In this document: positions 1-11,094 of the stretch, piece by piece
Numbering within the stretch: the stretch's first letter is position 1
Layout of the letters: every line of letters begins with the position of its first letter
NCBI GenBank assembly: GCA_048938005.1
Contig: JBHLMQ010000010.1
Coordinates: forward strand, 32,001 to 96,000
Direction of reading: 5' to 3'
From: Promethearchaeota archaeon
Lineage (GTDB): Archaea > Asgardarchaeota > Lokiarchaeia > Sigyniarchaeales > SOKP01
Length of the DNA stretch: 64,000 nucleotides
Position numbers and translations under genes: made by a program
The notes under the pieces: model-generated
Told to the model about the DNA's origin: nothing
Database searches by the model: none
Seen by the model: the letters and a program-made list of their open reading frames with translations, nothing else

Positions 1-897
1 CATCCATATTGATTGAAGTGCTTCCATAAAAGTTCTAGGTGGGAGGGCTGGTACTCGTCTTACTCGTTCAGCAATTTCTAGAAGTTCGGCTTTTCTTGTT
101 TCTGGTGCATTTTCCGTCATTTCCATTGCGAGATCAGCATAGCGATTGGAATAATCGCAGACCGCTCTTGCTGCCACCACAACTGATTCATAAAAATCCT
201 TGTGTTGGTCATAATTTTCATCTGTCTCCTTGAGTTTCGAAAGTCCTTCTTCCGCCATCTTTTCAATTCCTCTAAATCCCATTTTAAGAACTCGTCTATA
301 TCCCGGAATGACATGTCCTTGACCACTAGCAATTGCAAACAAATTAGTACCGCCCATAGAACCAGCAAAAGGAAAAGTCGTAAAGCCCTTTGGCTCCTCA
401 TATAAACCTGCCTCTTTCCAATATTCTAACTTTCGATCTGCTACTGTTCTTCCTTTCCAGAAGGGGATAATTTCGTTTTTCAACTCATCAATTTCTTGTT
501 CTGTTAAGGGAACATAACGATTTATTAAAGAAAAATTTGCAATGAAATTATCTCTTATTTTTTTATCTATTGAATCATCATAGATAAACCCAAAAAGTCT
601 ATTACGCATTCCACGTTCTATTTCGATTGGATCGGCTCTTACTTTACTAGATTTTACACCTACAAGTAGCTCGTCTTCCTCAATCCTTATTGGTAGGCAT
701 CGTAAAAATTCCTCTAATGCTTTAACATTCTTCATACATGGAGGAGCATCTTCCATTTGTTTATATATTCTTGTATAACAACGAGCACGCTCAAGATCAA
801 GTTCTCTAGGCATAGAGAGCATTCTATCTCTAATCTTTCGAACCCTTTCTGAAGGTATCCCTTGAAGAGGTATCATTTTAATATCTTGAATTACCAT
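1..897 (-). CDS. Glycyl-radical enzyme (PFL/GRE family), N-terminal part; runs off window edge
   Basis: Not in ORF track. Manual translation from ATG at 897: MVIQDIKMIPLQGIPSERVRKIRDRML...DLERARCYT...LPIRIEEDELLVG...GHVIPGYRRVLKMGFRGI...VPALPPRTFMEALQSIWM, all typical GRE N-terminal motifs. Confidence 0.88.
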   Translation of the reverse strand, partial: MVIQDIKMIPLQGIPSERVRKIRDRMLSMPRELDLERARCYTRIYKQMEDAPPCMKNVKALEEFLRCLPIRIEEDELLVGVKSSKVRADPIEIERGMRNRLFGFIYDDSIDKKIRDNFIANFSLINRYVPLTEQEIDELKNEIIPFWKGRTVADRKLEYWKEAGLYEEPKGFTTFPFAGSMGGTNLFAIASGQGHVIPGYRRVLKMGFRGIEKMAEEGLSKLKETDENYDQHKDFYESVVVAARAVCDYSNRYADLAMEMTENAPETRKAELLEIAERVRRVPALPPRTFMEALQSIWM

Positions 898-1147
898 AAT
901 TCATATATAGTATTTTTTATTAATTAAATTTACGACGTAAATTTATTTAAAATTAAGTATAATAAAATATTTAATAATTTCTATAATTCATTAATTTTAG
1001 TTAGAATTCTATTTATCTATGCAATCAAAATGAAGAAAGAGATGAATATCCAAAAGGAATAGATATAAATCTTTTTGGTTAACTTAAGATTGTTTAATAC
1101 AAAAAATTGTAAGAGAATTTAATAAAAAATAAGCATCAATTCGTATG

Positions 1148-1909
1148 TTAGCGCCCTTTAAATATTGGCTTCCTCTTTTCCTTAAGCGCTGCCTTACCTT
1201 CCTTGAAGTCTTCACTAATTAATTGAGGTTGAATAAAAGCCTCAAATTCCTCCCGTGCTAAACGCATCGCTCTTCTTCCTTCATTCTCCATGATCTTATA
1301 GTGTCCATATTTAATCGCCCTTAATGATAATGGTGCATTGTCACGCAGTATTTCAGCCATTTTAATAGCTTCCTTCATGAGCTCTTCTTTATTTTTTGTT
1401 ACACCGTTTATTAACCCTAATTCATAAGCTCGTTGAGCCCCCAATGGCTTCCCTGACATGTAAAATTCCATAGATGCCTTAAAAGGCATATAAGGTCTAT
1501 AATCTACAATTGTACCAACAATTCCAACATAGACCTCGCCAAAGATAAACTTGGTATCTTCTGTAGCATAGGTTATATCTGTGCCTATAACTCCAAGTCC
1601 ATATCCACTACCAATTACATTTCCATGGACCGCTCCAACGATGGGTTTCAGGATTTTAGTACCATTGGGTGGAAATGCTTTAAGAAGATCATTTAACAAT
1701 CCTTCGACATAAATATCTGCCCCTCGACTAAAGTCTGGACCTTTTGCACTGAGAATTGCTACTCTGCTTTCTTTATCGTTGGCAAAGCGCGCCCATGCTG
1801 CTCCTAAAGCTCTACATAAAGGGGGATCCAATCGATTATTTTCTGGATTGTCTATTGTAAGGTATGCAATCTGATCTTTAACTTCATAAATTAAAACTTC
1901 ACTTGCCAT
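1148..1909 (-). CDS. Enoyl-CoA hydratase/isomerase (crotonase) family
   Basis: FSRGAD oxyanion loop, KPIVGAVHG, AQRAYELGLIN, C-terminal EDFKEG..KRKPIFKGR. Confidence 0.92.
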   Translation of the reverse strand: MASEVLIYEVKDQIAYLTIDNPENNRLDPPLCRALGAAWARFANDKESRVAILSAKGPDFSRGADIYVEGLLNDLLKAFPPNGTKILKPIVGAVHGNVIGSGYGLGVIGTDITYATEDTKFIFGEVYVGIVGTIVDYRPYMPFKASMEFYMSGKPLGAQRAYELGLINGVTKNKEELMKEAIKMAEILRDNAPLSLRAIKYGHYKIMENEGRRAMRLAREEFEAFIQPQLISEDFKEGKAALKEKRKPIFKGR

Positions 1910-1980
1910 TTTTTCACCTTTTCTAACTTTAAATAGATTATTTAATAGATATTACTCTAATATTTTATCTAAACTTTTAT

Positions 1981-3711
1981 TTATTCAAGAGATAACCTCT
2001 CTTCAGACTCTTGAATATGTGTCTGCATTGAGGTAGGGGGATTATTACACCATATAAAGTGGCCTTCTTCGATTTTAATCTTATGAGGAATATTTAATTC
2101 ACAATCTTTTGTACGAGCATCAGAAGAACAACGTGGATTATAAGTACAACCAGGTGGTGGCGCTATAGGGCTTGGGACTTCACCTTTGATAGTAAAGTTG
2201 ATCTCTTGATTATAAGGATCGATTTCAGAACGCGAGGCGAGGAGATCTTGAGTATAGGGATGAGTTGGATTTGAAAAAATTTGTTCCTTACTTCCAACCT
2301 CTACAAATTTACCAAGATACATAACAGCTATGCGATCAGCAATATGGGAAACAACAGCTAAATTGTGGGTAATAAACAAAAATCCGTAGCCATATTTTAC
2401 TTGCAAATCTTTAAGAAGGTTAAGAATTTGTGCTTGAACTGATACATCAAGAGCAGAAGTAGGTTCATCTAAAATTATCAACTCTGGATTGCTAGCTAAT
2501 GCTCTTGCTATAATAATTCTTTGCTTTTGTCCACCTGAAAACTCGTGAGGATAACGATCCATGTGTTCCCGTTTTAACGAAACCTGATTTAACAACTTCA
2601 ATACATGTCTTCTAATTTGCATTTTATTAGTGATACCAAGCAAATTCTTTAAGGGCTCTGCTATAACATCAACCACTTTCATCCGTGGATTTAACGACGC
2701 ATCAGGATCTTGAAAAACAATCTGAATTTTTTGCCTTAACCAACTTGTATATTCGGGAGGAATTGGAGTATTATGAAACAATATTTCTCCACTTGTTTTG
2801 TCTACTAAACCCAGAATCGCATTTGCGATAGTTGTTTTTCCACATCCACTTTCTCCAACTAATCCTAGTGTTTCACCTGTTTTAACTCCAAAAGAGACAC
2901 CCGTGACCGCTTTAACAGAACCAACTTGTCTTTTAAGCGTTCCTTTTAAAAGAGGGTAATACACATGGAGATCTTTAACCTTTAATAATTCCTTACCTTT
3001 TTCAAGAACAAATAGTTCTTTTAGTGTTTGATACGGAATTGCACTATAAGCAATTTGTTTTACTATAATTGTGATTATAATTGAAATTGTAAGAGAGATT
3101 ATGAAATTTAGAAATGCATAAACAATAAATACTATTTGCTGTGAGACAAAAGTGAACATTAAATACGAAATTCCCGACGTAATACCGATTATTGCGACTA
3201 AATTTCTATGTTTTATTAATTGAATTTTATCTCCCCAATACGCAACCAATACCGAAATACCAAGAAGGCCGAAGAAAGAAAGAATAAACGTGAATTTAGA
3301 TTCATTAAATACATTATTAATTACCTCGATTGGGATATATTTCATAAAAACGTTTACTACCTTTAAAGTCAAATTTATTATAAGGATTATAATAAATAGA
3401 ATGATTTGGATAATAATTACAAAAAACATAGAATGTGTAAGTTTTTTCCTATAAATTATCATAACAATAGGAATTCCTATAATAGTATTTACACATGTTA
3501 TGAGAATAGCAATTAAAAAATTCACATATACAAGATCATAGAATAAAAACTCAATTAGGAAAATTGGCAAGTACCATACAGCGGATACAAATAAAGCTGG
3601 CATAAATGTTCCATCCCATTTTTTGACTGTGGCATACCATTGCGTAATAAAAGTTCCAAAAAAGGATATCAAGATTGCATCTATGATTTGAAGGGTTATT
3701 ATTATGCTCAT
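1981..3711 (-). CDS. oppF: Oligopeptide ABC ATPase (OppF/DppF-like) fused to an N-terminal multi-TM domain
   Basis: GESGCGKTT, FSGGQKQR, LDEPTSALD, C-terminal PPPGC..NPRC Cys domain; first ~220 aa hydrophobic. Confidence 0.88.
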   Translation of the reverse strand: MSIIITLQIIDAILISFFGTFITQWYATVKKWDGTFMPALFVSAVWYLPIFLIEFLFYDLVYVNFLIAILITCVNTIIGIPIVMIIYRKKLTHSMFFVIIIQIILFIIILIINLTLKVVNVFMKYIPIEVINNVFNESKFTFILSFFGLLGISVLVAYWGDKIQLIKHRNLVAIIGITSGISYLMFTFVSQQIVFIVYAFLNFIISLTISIIITIIVKQIAYSAIPYQTLKELFVLEKGKELLKVKDLHVYYPLLKGTLKRQVGSVKAVTGVSFGVKTGETLGLVGESGCGKTTIANAILGLVDKTSGEILFHNTPIPPEYTSWLRQKIQIVFQDPDASLNPRMKVVDVIAEPLKNLLGITNKMQIRRHVLKLLNQVSLKREHMDRYPHEFSGGQKQRIIIARALASNPELIILDEPTSALDVSVQAQILNLLKDLQVKYGYGFLFITHNLAVVSHIADRIAVMYLGKFVEVGSKEQIFSNPTHPYTQDLLASRSEIDPYNQEINFTIKGEVPSPIAPPPGCTYNPRCSSDARTKDCELNIPHKIKIEEGHFIWCNNPPTSMQTHIQESEERLSLE

Positions 3712-3761
3712 AATAATCTCCTATTCTTCCTTTATCTTATTTTATTATTTGTAATAATTAT

Positions 3762-5669
3762 TTAATTTACTATTTTATTATTAGCATCTTCCACTTTCTT
3801 TATAGAAATCTCTGCAAGACTTTTATACTCAGGATCATAAAGATGACATGCTACAAAATATTCTGGAGCAACCTCCTTTTGCTTTGGAACTTTTGAATAA
3901 CAAGGCTCGAAACAATATTGACATCTAGGATGAAATCTGCAGCCTGAAGGGGGATAAATTAAATTTGGTACCCTTCCAGGTATAATTTCAAGCCTATCTT
4001 GGTTTTTCCCTATGACAGGAACAGAAGTTATAAGCCCTCTTGTGTATGGATGATAGGGGTGAATAAATAATTTCTTTATATCTCCATATTCAACAATAGA
4101 ACCACTGTACATCACAGCAACACGTTCACACATTTTGGAGATAATACCTAGATCATGAGTAATATATAATATTGTTGTATTGTATTTCTTACGAAGTTCT
4201 TTCATAAGTTTAAGAATTTGGTTTTGTATCGTCACATCTAACGCAGTAGTAGGTTCGTCAGCAATTAATAATTTAGGTCTACATGCGAGAGCCATAGCAA
4301 TCTGAACTCTTTGTCGCATACCACCACTTAATTCATGAGGGTATCGATCTATAATAATTTCAGGAAAGGGTATATTTAAATCTCTTAAAAGGGCTATACT
4401 CCATTCTCGAGCAACACTATATAAACTTTTATCGGGAAATTTGGAAGCTTCAACAAGTAATTCATTTTCCATATGCAATAGATATACTTCAGAGATTTGA
4501 GCCCCTATTTTAAAAACTGGGTTTAGAGAATTGAGTGGATCTTGAAAAATCATAGTAAGGTCTTTCCCACGATATTTTAACATTTCTGATTCAGTTTTTA
4601 ATAACAGATTTTCTCCTCCAAAAATAACTTTCCCTTTCTCTATCTTTCCTGGAGGTCGAATTACCTGAAGAATAGACAATGCGGTTACAGTTTTCCCACA
4701 GCCAGTTTCGCCTACAAGACCAAGAACTTCTCCTTCATATATTTTAAAAGAGACACCTTCTACAGCACGAACAATACCCTCTTCTGTATGAAAATACGTA
4801 GTGAGATCTTCCACATTAAGAACAACATGATTGTGGTCTAATGTAAAGTCTTTTACAGGTTGCTCTTCAAATAATTCTAATGCGGTTTGGAATTTTAATT
4901 TACTTTTTTCCATTTGCTTCGGCATAAATTTCTTTTTCAAGGATATGTAAAATACGAAACCATAAATGCCACTAACAACACCAATTAATATACGAATGTC
5001 TTGATTAAATGTTATTACTCCAAATAGTCTATTCAAATACAATTCAAAGATTATTAATTGTATTGACCAAATTCCAAATGAGATAAGACCACCAGAAAAC
5101 ATAGAATATTTAAAAGGTTTTTTTGGAATGCGCTTCTCAATTGGGAGGAGTTTATTAATTAAAATAGTGATGCTCATATCAATCCCAACAGTTAAACCCG
5201 CCCATAAAAATCCGAGGTAAAAGGTTTCAATTTTAAATGATCCTAATTCTTGAATATCTTCAATTCCTAGGAGAGGAATTGAAATAAAAATTATCGAAAT
5301 TATCCAATTTACTCCAATAAATATTTTGAATATTCTAATAAATGGACTACTAATAAGTTCCTCTCTTAAAGCGCCAAATCTTTCATATTTATACACAAAT
5401 TCTTTATACAAAAAATAAAAGATTGTCGTCATTATTGCAAATGATAAAGCATCAGTATTGAAAATTAAAAACGCATTATTAAAAGCCCATAGAGTTTCAA
5501 AAAGAGATCTAATAAGAAAGATAATACCTAATACTATGATGCTAATTACGGCTGAGCACTTTTTATGTATTTTTTTTGAGAGTTGTTTATCTTCAGGAAT
5601 TTGATTATTGATTAGATTTGAAATTAAGTATAAAATGAATGCTGCAATAATAGATTCCATTAAAGCCAT
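3762..5669 (-). CDS. oppD: Oligopeptide ABC ATPase (OppD/DppD-like) fused to an N-terminal multi-TM domain
   Basis: [33 protein letters not shown]; first ~245 aa hydrophobic. Confidence 0.88.
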   Translation of the reverse strand: MALMESIIAAFILYLISNLINNQIPEDKQLSKKIHKKCSAVISIIVLGIIFLIRSLFETLWAFNNAFLIFNTDALSFAIMTTIFYFLYKEFVYKYERFGALREELISSPFIRIFKIFIGVNWIISIIFISIPLLGIEDIQELGSFKIETFYLGFLWAGLTVGIDMSITILINKLLPIEKRIPKKPFKYSMFSGGLISFGIWSIQLIIFELYLNRLFGVITFNQDIRILIGVVSGIYGFVFYISLKKKFMPKQMEKSKLKFQTALELFEEQPVKDFTLDHNHVVLNVEDLTTYFHTEEGIVRAVEGVSFKIYEGEVLGLVGETGCGKTVTALSILQVIRPPGKIEKGKVIFGGENLLLKTESEMLKYRGKDLTMIFQDPLNSLNPVFKIGAQISEVYLLHMENELLVEASKFPDKSLYSVAREWSIALLRDLNIPFPEIIIDRYPHELSGGMRQRVQIAMALACRPKLLIADEPTTALDVTIQNQILKLMKELRKKYNTTILYITHDLGIISKMCERVAVMYSGSIVEYGDIKKLFIHPYHPYTRGLITSVPVIGKNQDRLEIIPGRVPNLIYPPSGCRFHPRCQYCFEPCYSKVPKQKEVAPEYFVACHLYDPEYKSLAEISIKKVEDANNKIVN

Positions 5670-5730
5670 TCCATAATTTAATCCATACTTAGTTTGATAT
5701 AATGAATTTAAAACTTTTTATCCCTCTTTT

Positions 5731-6729
5731 TTATAATTTTAGTCGTGGATCTAATGCGTCTCGCAATCCATCTCCAACTAGTATATATCCTATGGCTGCA
5801 ATTCCAATAAATAATCCAGGCCAAAAAGCCGCATTGATATTGGTTATTGAACCTTGTGCCCAAAAAATGTCAATTCCCCAACTAGCAACAGTTGGGTCTG
5901 AAAATCCTATAAAAGCTAGACCTGCTAGGCCTATTATTGCAATCGCAGCACCACCAAAAAAAGCTACTAACATAGGAGATATTGCGTTCGGTACAATATG
6001 TTTAAACATTACCTTAAATTTTAACGCACCACCCACTTTTGCGGCTTTAACATACTCTAGTTGCTTTACTTGTAAAACAAGTGATCGCATGAACCTGATA
6101 TTATATGGTATAAAAAGGATTCCATAAATTACAAGAGTGGTTAATAAATCTTGACTTATCATGGGAGCGAGTATAACGACAAGTATCAATGTGGGAAAGG
6201 CGTACATTAAATCTACAAAACGCATCATTATATAATCAATAGCTCCACCAAAATATGCAGATATCGTTCCTAAAATAAGACCTCCTCCAATAGAAATTGT
6301 TACAGGGATTAATGATGTTAATATTGTAGTTCTAGCTCCCCAAAGAATTCTTGCTAAAACATCATATCCATTTTCTGTTGTCCCCAAGGGATGTTCTGCC
6401 GATGGAGGAGCAAACTCAATTGGGTTAGGAGGAACATATGGTATTCTTAACTCTTGTAGTGGATAATTAGTTAACCAAGGAGTATATACCGCTAACACAA
6501 ATATAAATAAAATCATTAAAATACCAAATATTGTAAGAGGTTTAAGAAGGTGTCGAAATAATCTTCTTTTAGACTTTATTTTTTCTATATGATATTCTTG
6601 AGCAGAGAATTCAGGATCTCGCCAACCAGGAATTAAATAAAACTTTAAGAATCGAAAAAATTTCTTTTTTCTTAGTGATTCAGATTGCTCGTGATCTGTT
6701 GGACGTTCTTCTATTGCTTGTTCTGTCAT
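5731..6729 (-). CDS. oppC: Oligopeptide ABC permease OppC/DppC
   Basis: PPSAEHPLGT..GYDVLARILWGAR, EAA-like loop YVKAAKVGGA, GDGLRDALDPR. Confidence 0.93.
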   Translation of the reverse strand: MTEQAIEERPTDHEQSESLRKKKFFRFLKFYLIPGWRDPEFSAQEYHIEKIKSKRRLFRHLLKPLTIFGILMILFIFVLAVYTPWLTNYPLQELRIPYVPPNPIEFAPPSAEHPLGTTENGYDVLARILWGARTTILTSLIPVTISIGGGLILGTISAYFGGAIDYIMMRFVDLMYAFPTLILVVILAPMISQDLLTTLVIYGILFIPYNIRFMRSLVLQVKQLEYVKAAKVGGALKFKVMFKHIVPNAISPMLVAFFGGAAIAIIGLAGLAFIGFSDPTVASWGIDIFWAQGSITNINAAFWPGLFIGIAAIGYILVGDGLRDALDPRLKL

Positions 6730-6757
6730 CTTAAATAACCTCTCAATTTTTTATATG

Positions 6758-7813
6758 TCATGTGTATGTTATTCTCGGATCAATAATTGTATACATAACA
6801 TCTGTAACTAAATTTCCTATAAGAATTATTATAGTTGCAAATACTAAGAGACCATTTATAACCAAGTAATCTCCTACTAAGATAGAATACACCATATAAT
6901 ATCCATAACCTTTATAGTTAAAAGTTACTTCGATAAAAAAAGATCCTAATAGTGCTGTTGCGGTCCCCCCGATAATAAGATTGCTAACAGGTATCAATGC
7001 GTTACGAATGGCATGTTTATTTATAACCTCTTTTTCTAAAACACCTTTAGCTCGGGCAGTTCTAATATAATCTTGATCTAAAACATCTAACATACTTGAT
7101 CGGGTTTGTCTGGTAATACTAGCCAATGAAACAAAAGTTAAACATATGGCTGGGAGAATTAAATGTAATAATGTATCGAATAAGTATATTTGATCATTAT
7201 AAAGTATGCTGTCAATAATACGAAATCCTGTTATGCGTCCAGGACTAGGCAGACCAGGTGTATTTGCGAACACGGCGGGTAAATCTAAACCACCCCTAGT
7301 AAATATACCTAAATAAAAACCAAAAAAGAGTTGGAGCATGATAGCAATCCAAAACACTGGAAATCCAGCTCCTATAATTGCTAGAGTTCTAATGGCTACA
7401 TCTTTTTTTTTATCCTTATGGGTTGCAGATGCTATTCCAAGTTTAACTGCTAAAATAGGGCTTAATACTATTGGGATTATCATCAATTCTATTGTCTTTG
7501 GAAATATTTCCCAAATAAAATCTATTACTGGTCTATCCTTTGCAACTATATAAGAAGTACCCCAATCTCCTGTAAAAAAATTTTTGTAATAAATAGCAAG
7601 TTGAACATACCAGGGGTCATAATATCCAATTCTCCTTAATTCTGCTTCAATGACTTCAGGATCGAGTATATCACCCAACTTATTGGTAACTGGGTTAACA
7701 GCCATCAAGCGCGATAAGAACCAGGCAAGAGTTAGAACCAAAAACAACATAGGAATCATCATTAATATCCGTTTGATGATATATTTTATCATATTTTTTG
7801 GTTGTTTAGCCAT
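6758..7813 (-). CDS. oppB: Oligopeptide ABC permease OppB/DppB
   Basis: YIIKRIL, GDWGTS, QDYIRTARAKG, D.MYTIIDPRI. Confidence 0.93.
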   Translation of the reverse strand: MAKQPKNMIKYIIKRILMMIPMLFLVLTLAWFLSRLMAVNPVTNKLGDILDPEVIEAELRRIGYYDPWYVQLAIYYKNFFTGDWGTSYIVAKDRPVIDFIWEIFPKTIELMIIPIVLSPILAVKLGIASATHKDKKKDVAIRTLAIIGAGFPVFWIAIMLQLFFGFYLGIFTRGGLDLPAVFANTPGLPSPGRITGFRIIDSILYNDQIYLFDTLLHLILPAICLTFVSLASITRQTRSSMLDVLDQDYIRTARAKGVLEKEVINKHAIRNALIPVSNLIIGGTATALLGSFFIEVTFNYKGYGYYMVYSILVGDYLVINGLLVFATIIILIGNLVTDVMYTIIDPRITYT

Positions 7814-7863
7814 TCTTTTCTCCTCTTCTCTACAAATAATAATTGAATTATTCTTTTAGTTTT

Positions 7864-8400
7864 TTAAATTTTTTTTTTTGATTTATTGAATTGTTTAACT
7901 TTCATACCGCTTATAGCACCAGAAAGCGTGCATGCGAATAATATAATAATATTCAAATAACCCCTCCAATCCCCAAATTGCCAGATAATAGGCTCTATTC
8001 TAAAACCAAACATGATCCAATAAAAAATAAAAGCTTCAACAATTATACAAGGAACAAGCCAGATTGATGCTTTTATTCCATAATGTGGAATGTCCTCCTT
8101 ATAAGTTAGTAAAAAGCAAACAAAAAACACCAAAAGTAAAGGTAAAAAAAATGTTTCCCCATATATTTCAAATGTCCAAAATAACACCGTTCTGTTCATT
8201 TCAGTAAAAGGTATCCACGTTTGTACATTAAGAGATATCCACTCATCAACCATAACGATGTTAGCAACAATACCATAATATCCTATTAATACAATTATAT
8301 ACGCTAAGATAACTCCTCCTTGTCGTCCCCAATCGATTTTTATTTTCCCTTTTTTTACATTATTGTTAATTATCAATTGGTTATTCTTATCTTCCGACAT
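7864..8400 (-). CDS. Uncharacterised ~4-TM membrane protein heading the opp operon
   Basis: 178 aa with four hydrophobic segments, co-oriented 50 bp upstream of oppB. Confidence 0.75.
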   Translation of the reverse strand: MSEDKNNQLIINNNVKKGKIKIDWGRQGGVILAYIIVLIGYYGIVANIVMVDEWISLNVQTWIPFTEMNRTVLFWTFEIYGETFFLPLLLVFFVCFLLTYKEDIPHYGIKASIWLVPCIIVEAFIFYWIMFGFRIEPIIWQFGDWRGYLNIIILFACTLSGAISGMKVKQFNKSKKKI

Positions 8401-8625
8401 TATCTTGAATCTTTAATTTTAATGCTAAAAACATTTAGAAAAATCAAAATTCCTTATATCTTTCTTATAATCAGCACAATCTCTTTACGAGAAGTAATAA
8501 TTTTTAGATATATTTAAATATATTATTATCATAACCTTTAATTAAATTTATTATATAAATTTAAATTTTGACAAAAAAATAAGTAAGAAATTCAATCAAA
8601 AAAATATGTAAAGTGAATTATAAAA

Positions 8626-10914
8626 ATGAGAAATTGTTCAAAAAGATTAATATTTTCTCTATTATTTATTTCTATATTATTCCCAATTCTACCTGGAGTA
8701 GTAAAAGCTCAAGAAACGATACCTGTTTTTACTGTGGGAGCTTGTGGACCACGTTCCATATATCACTGGGATCCAACTGCTTATGTGGCGAGTACTGGTG
8801 ACTATTACTTGTATAATGCTCTTGAAAACTTATATGTTTGGCCATACAGTGCGGAAAATGGAAGCCTTGATAATTTAGTAGGAATACTTGCAACCAACTG
8901 GTCAATACATGAGAGACTAGATGAAATGAATGATGCGGGTTTTATGAATTATGACGGAATTGATTATATGGATATTACCCTTCGTGAAAATGTTACATTC
9001 CACGATGGATCAGATTGGAACGCAACAGTATGTAAATGGAATATTGATAGACTCATGGTTATCCTAGGAAATATCAATTTCTGCCTTGGTTCTACATATG
9101 ATTCAAATGTGCGTAATACGAGGCCGATTTATTGGATGAGTATAGCTGATTGGGCTCCTTATGCAACATCATCTTGGAATGTAACAAAATTACGTGGGCC
9201 TCTAGCTCCTGATATTCCCTATGTTGGTAATTTTTCCAAATACGGATATCTTAGTACTTACCCCGGATTCGGAGATTCATACTTCCCTGATATCCCATTG
9301 GGCTATAATCGCTTTCCTCGATTTACAAATGTAACTATTCTTGATGATAAGCAATCAGGAGGAACACTTAGAGTATATTTTAATGATTGGGGTACTGGTC
9401 CACAATATCTCGCTAATATCGAGTTTATCTCCATGGCATCTTATGAAAATTATTTTTATGTTCCAATCTTAGGGTATGGAGATAATCCACTCTTTCCACA
9501 GGACGATCCGGCAACTTTCCCTGGACATTTAATCGGTACGGGTCCTTATATCTTTGAAAGCCATGTAGGTGATGCCGGAACAATGAGAAGATTCGATAAT
9601 TGGTGGAATTCTTCAGCTCAACAAGCTGAAGGTTGGCATACCGTTCCGAATATTGCTTTAACTACTTTTGCTCATTCCGCTACAGGATATACAACAAGGA
9701 CTCTTGCCATGGTGACTGGAGATATTGACTGGGCTTTCGATCGTTCCTGGGAACCTCTTGGTTATAGTGACATAGTTGCAACTCCTGGCTTAAGGTACGT
9801 GGATATGGGTACGGAGGATTACGGAGAAATTATCGTTTTAAATTGTCTCGAAGAAACATATTTACGATACTGGTCTGATACTGAATTTAACTTAACTGAT
9901 GTTGGAATTCTAACTGTTTCTGCTTTTAAGAATCCAGATGGAACTATAACAGCACATGGAGTAAACCGTACCCTTAGGAAAGCGATTTCTTATGCTTTTG
10001 ATTACAATAAATACTTAAGTTTATTTGGAGGGCGTGTAGAGCGTTCTGGAGGATTTCTTGCACCAACCCATGAATATTATGATGGGTCCATACCCCTCGC
10101 CTATACAAATCTCACCATAGCGCGACAAGCCCTTCTAGATGATCCATTCTATGAAGCAAAGTGTACTGCTCGAGGCCTAGATATTTACAATACGACGGAT
10201 GAATGGATCGATGTAGCAAATAGTGATCCGATCTACACCTTTGAATATCACTATGATGATGCCCATTTAGAATCTTATTCTGTGCTAACAACATCACTAG
10301 CAGATATTGGATGTGCTATAGATGCTACCCAAGATTGGCCCGATACATATTCAGTAATAACTGATTATGACTTTCCTTTATTCACGAATGATGGATTTGC
10401 AATTAAACCTTATCATGCCCGTTTTAACGATCTCGGATACATTGAAGCTTATTATGAAAGTACTGGCGTTATTGAGCAAGATCCCGGTGGTTATCGCGTG
10501 ATATCAGATTACAATTCATATCCTTATATGTATCCCTATAAAGGATATAGCAACATGGGCTTTAATTACAATGCAACGTGCGATAGTTGGATAACAAAAT
10601 TGTGGTTCCAAAATTCTACTGGAGACCAGATGTATTACAGTGCACTGAGTGATTGGACTCAAAACTTTCAATATCCGATCATCTATTTAGGAAATGATAG
10701 GATCGGGCACGCTGTTAGTGATGATTGGGATTATGCCTGGTGGTGGAATTTCATGTTGCATTTTAATTTAGTGAAATATACACCTTATGTAGCTATTCCA
10801 GTATTAGATCCTTTTATCCTTGGACTTATTAGTGGACTTATAATCGGAGTAGGTGGTTCTGCAATAGTAATAGTAGCCAATTCGCTAATTAGAAAAAGGG
10901 GGAAAAAAACATAA
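8626..10914 (+). CDS. oppA: Family 5 (OppA/DppA) substrate-binding protein with signal peptide and C-terminal TM anchor
   Basis: LRENVTFHDGSDWNA, IGTGPY, LRKAISYAFD; hydrophobic N-terminus; C-terminal TM plus RKRGKK. Confidence 0.88.
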   Translation: MRNCSKRLIFSLLFISILFPILPGVVKAQETIPVFTVGACGPRSIYHWDPTAYVASTGDYYLYNALENLYVWPYSAENGSLDNLVGILATNWSIHERLDEMNDAGFMNYDGIDYMDITLRENVTFHDGSDWNATVCKWNIDRLMVILGNINFCLGSTYDSNVRNTRPIYWMSIADWAPYATSSWNVTKLRGPLAPDIPYVGNFSKYGYLSTYPGFGDSYFPDIPLGYNRFPRFTNVTILDDKQSGGTLRVYFNDWGTGPQYLANIEFISMASYENYFYVPILGYGDNPLFPQDDPATFPGHLIGTGPYIFESHVGDAGTMRRFDNWWNSSAQQAEGWHTVPNIALTTFAHSATGYTTRTLAMVTGDIDWAFDRSWEPLGYSDIVATPGLRYVDMGTEDYGEIIVLNCLEETYLRYWSDTEFNLTDVGILTVSAFKNPDGTITAHGVNRTLRKAISYAFDYNKYLSLFGGRVERSGGFLAPTHEYYDGSIPLAYTNLTIARQALLDDPFYEAKCTARGLDIYNTTDEWIDVANSDPIYTFEYHYDDAHLESYSVLTTSLADIGCAIDATQDWPDTYSVITDYDFPLFTNDGFAIKPYHARFNDLGYIEAYYESTGVIEQDPGGYRVISDYNSYPYMYPYKGYSNMGFNYNATCDSWITKLWFQNSTGDQMYYSALSDWTQNFQYPIIYLGNDRIGHAVSDDWDYAWWWNFMLHFNLVKYTPYVAIPVLDPFILGLISGLIIGVGGSAIVIVANSLIRKRGKKT

Positions 10915-10949
10915 AAGAAAAAAACATTTAAAATTAATTTTAAAAATAA

Positions 10950-10978
10950 TTTTTTCTTTTTTTTTTAGTATTTTTTTT
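10950..10978 (+). terminator. Oligo-T archaeal terminator after oppA
   Basis: Long T tracts ~35-65 bp after the stop codon. Confidence 0.45.
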
Positions 10979-11094
10979 AATATGTTATTATAAGTTTAAT
11001 GCCAGTTAACCAGAATAATATTAAAGTACTTCTTAAGTAAAAATGCAAGAATACTAGCGGAGTTATATATTAATAATGCATTCTAATATGCTTT

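Noticed and set aside
39-405. Three short track ORFs (39..233, 117..401, 202..405)
   Set aside because: They overlap the glycyl-radical enzyme frame, which has clear family motifs
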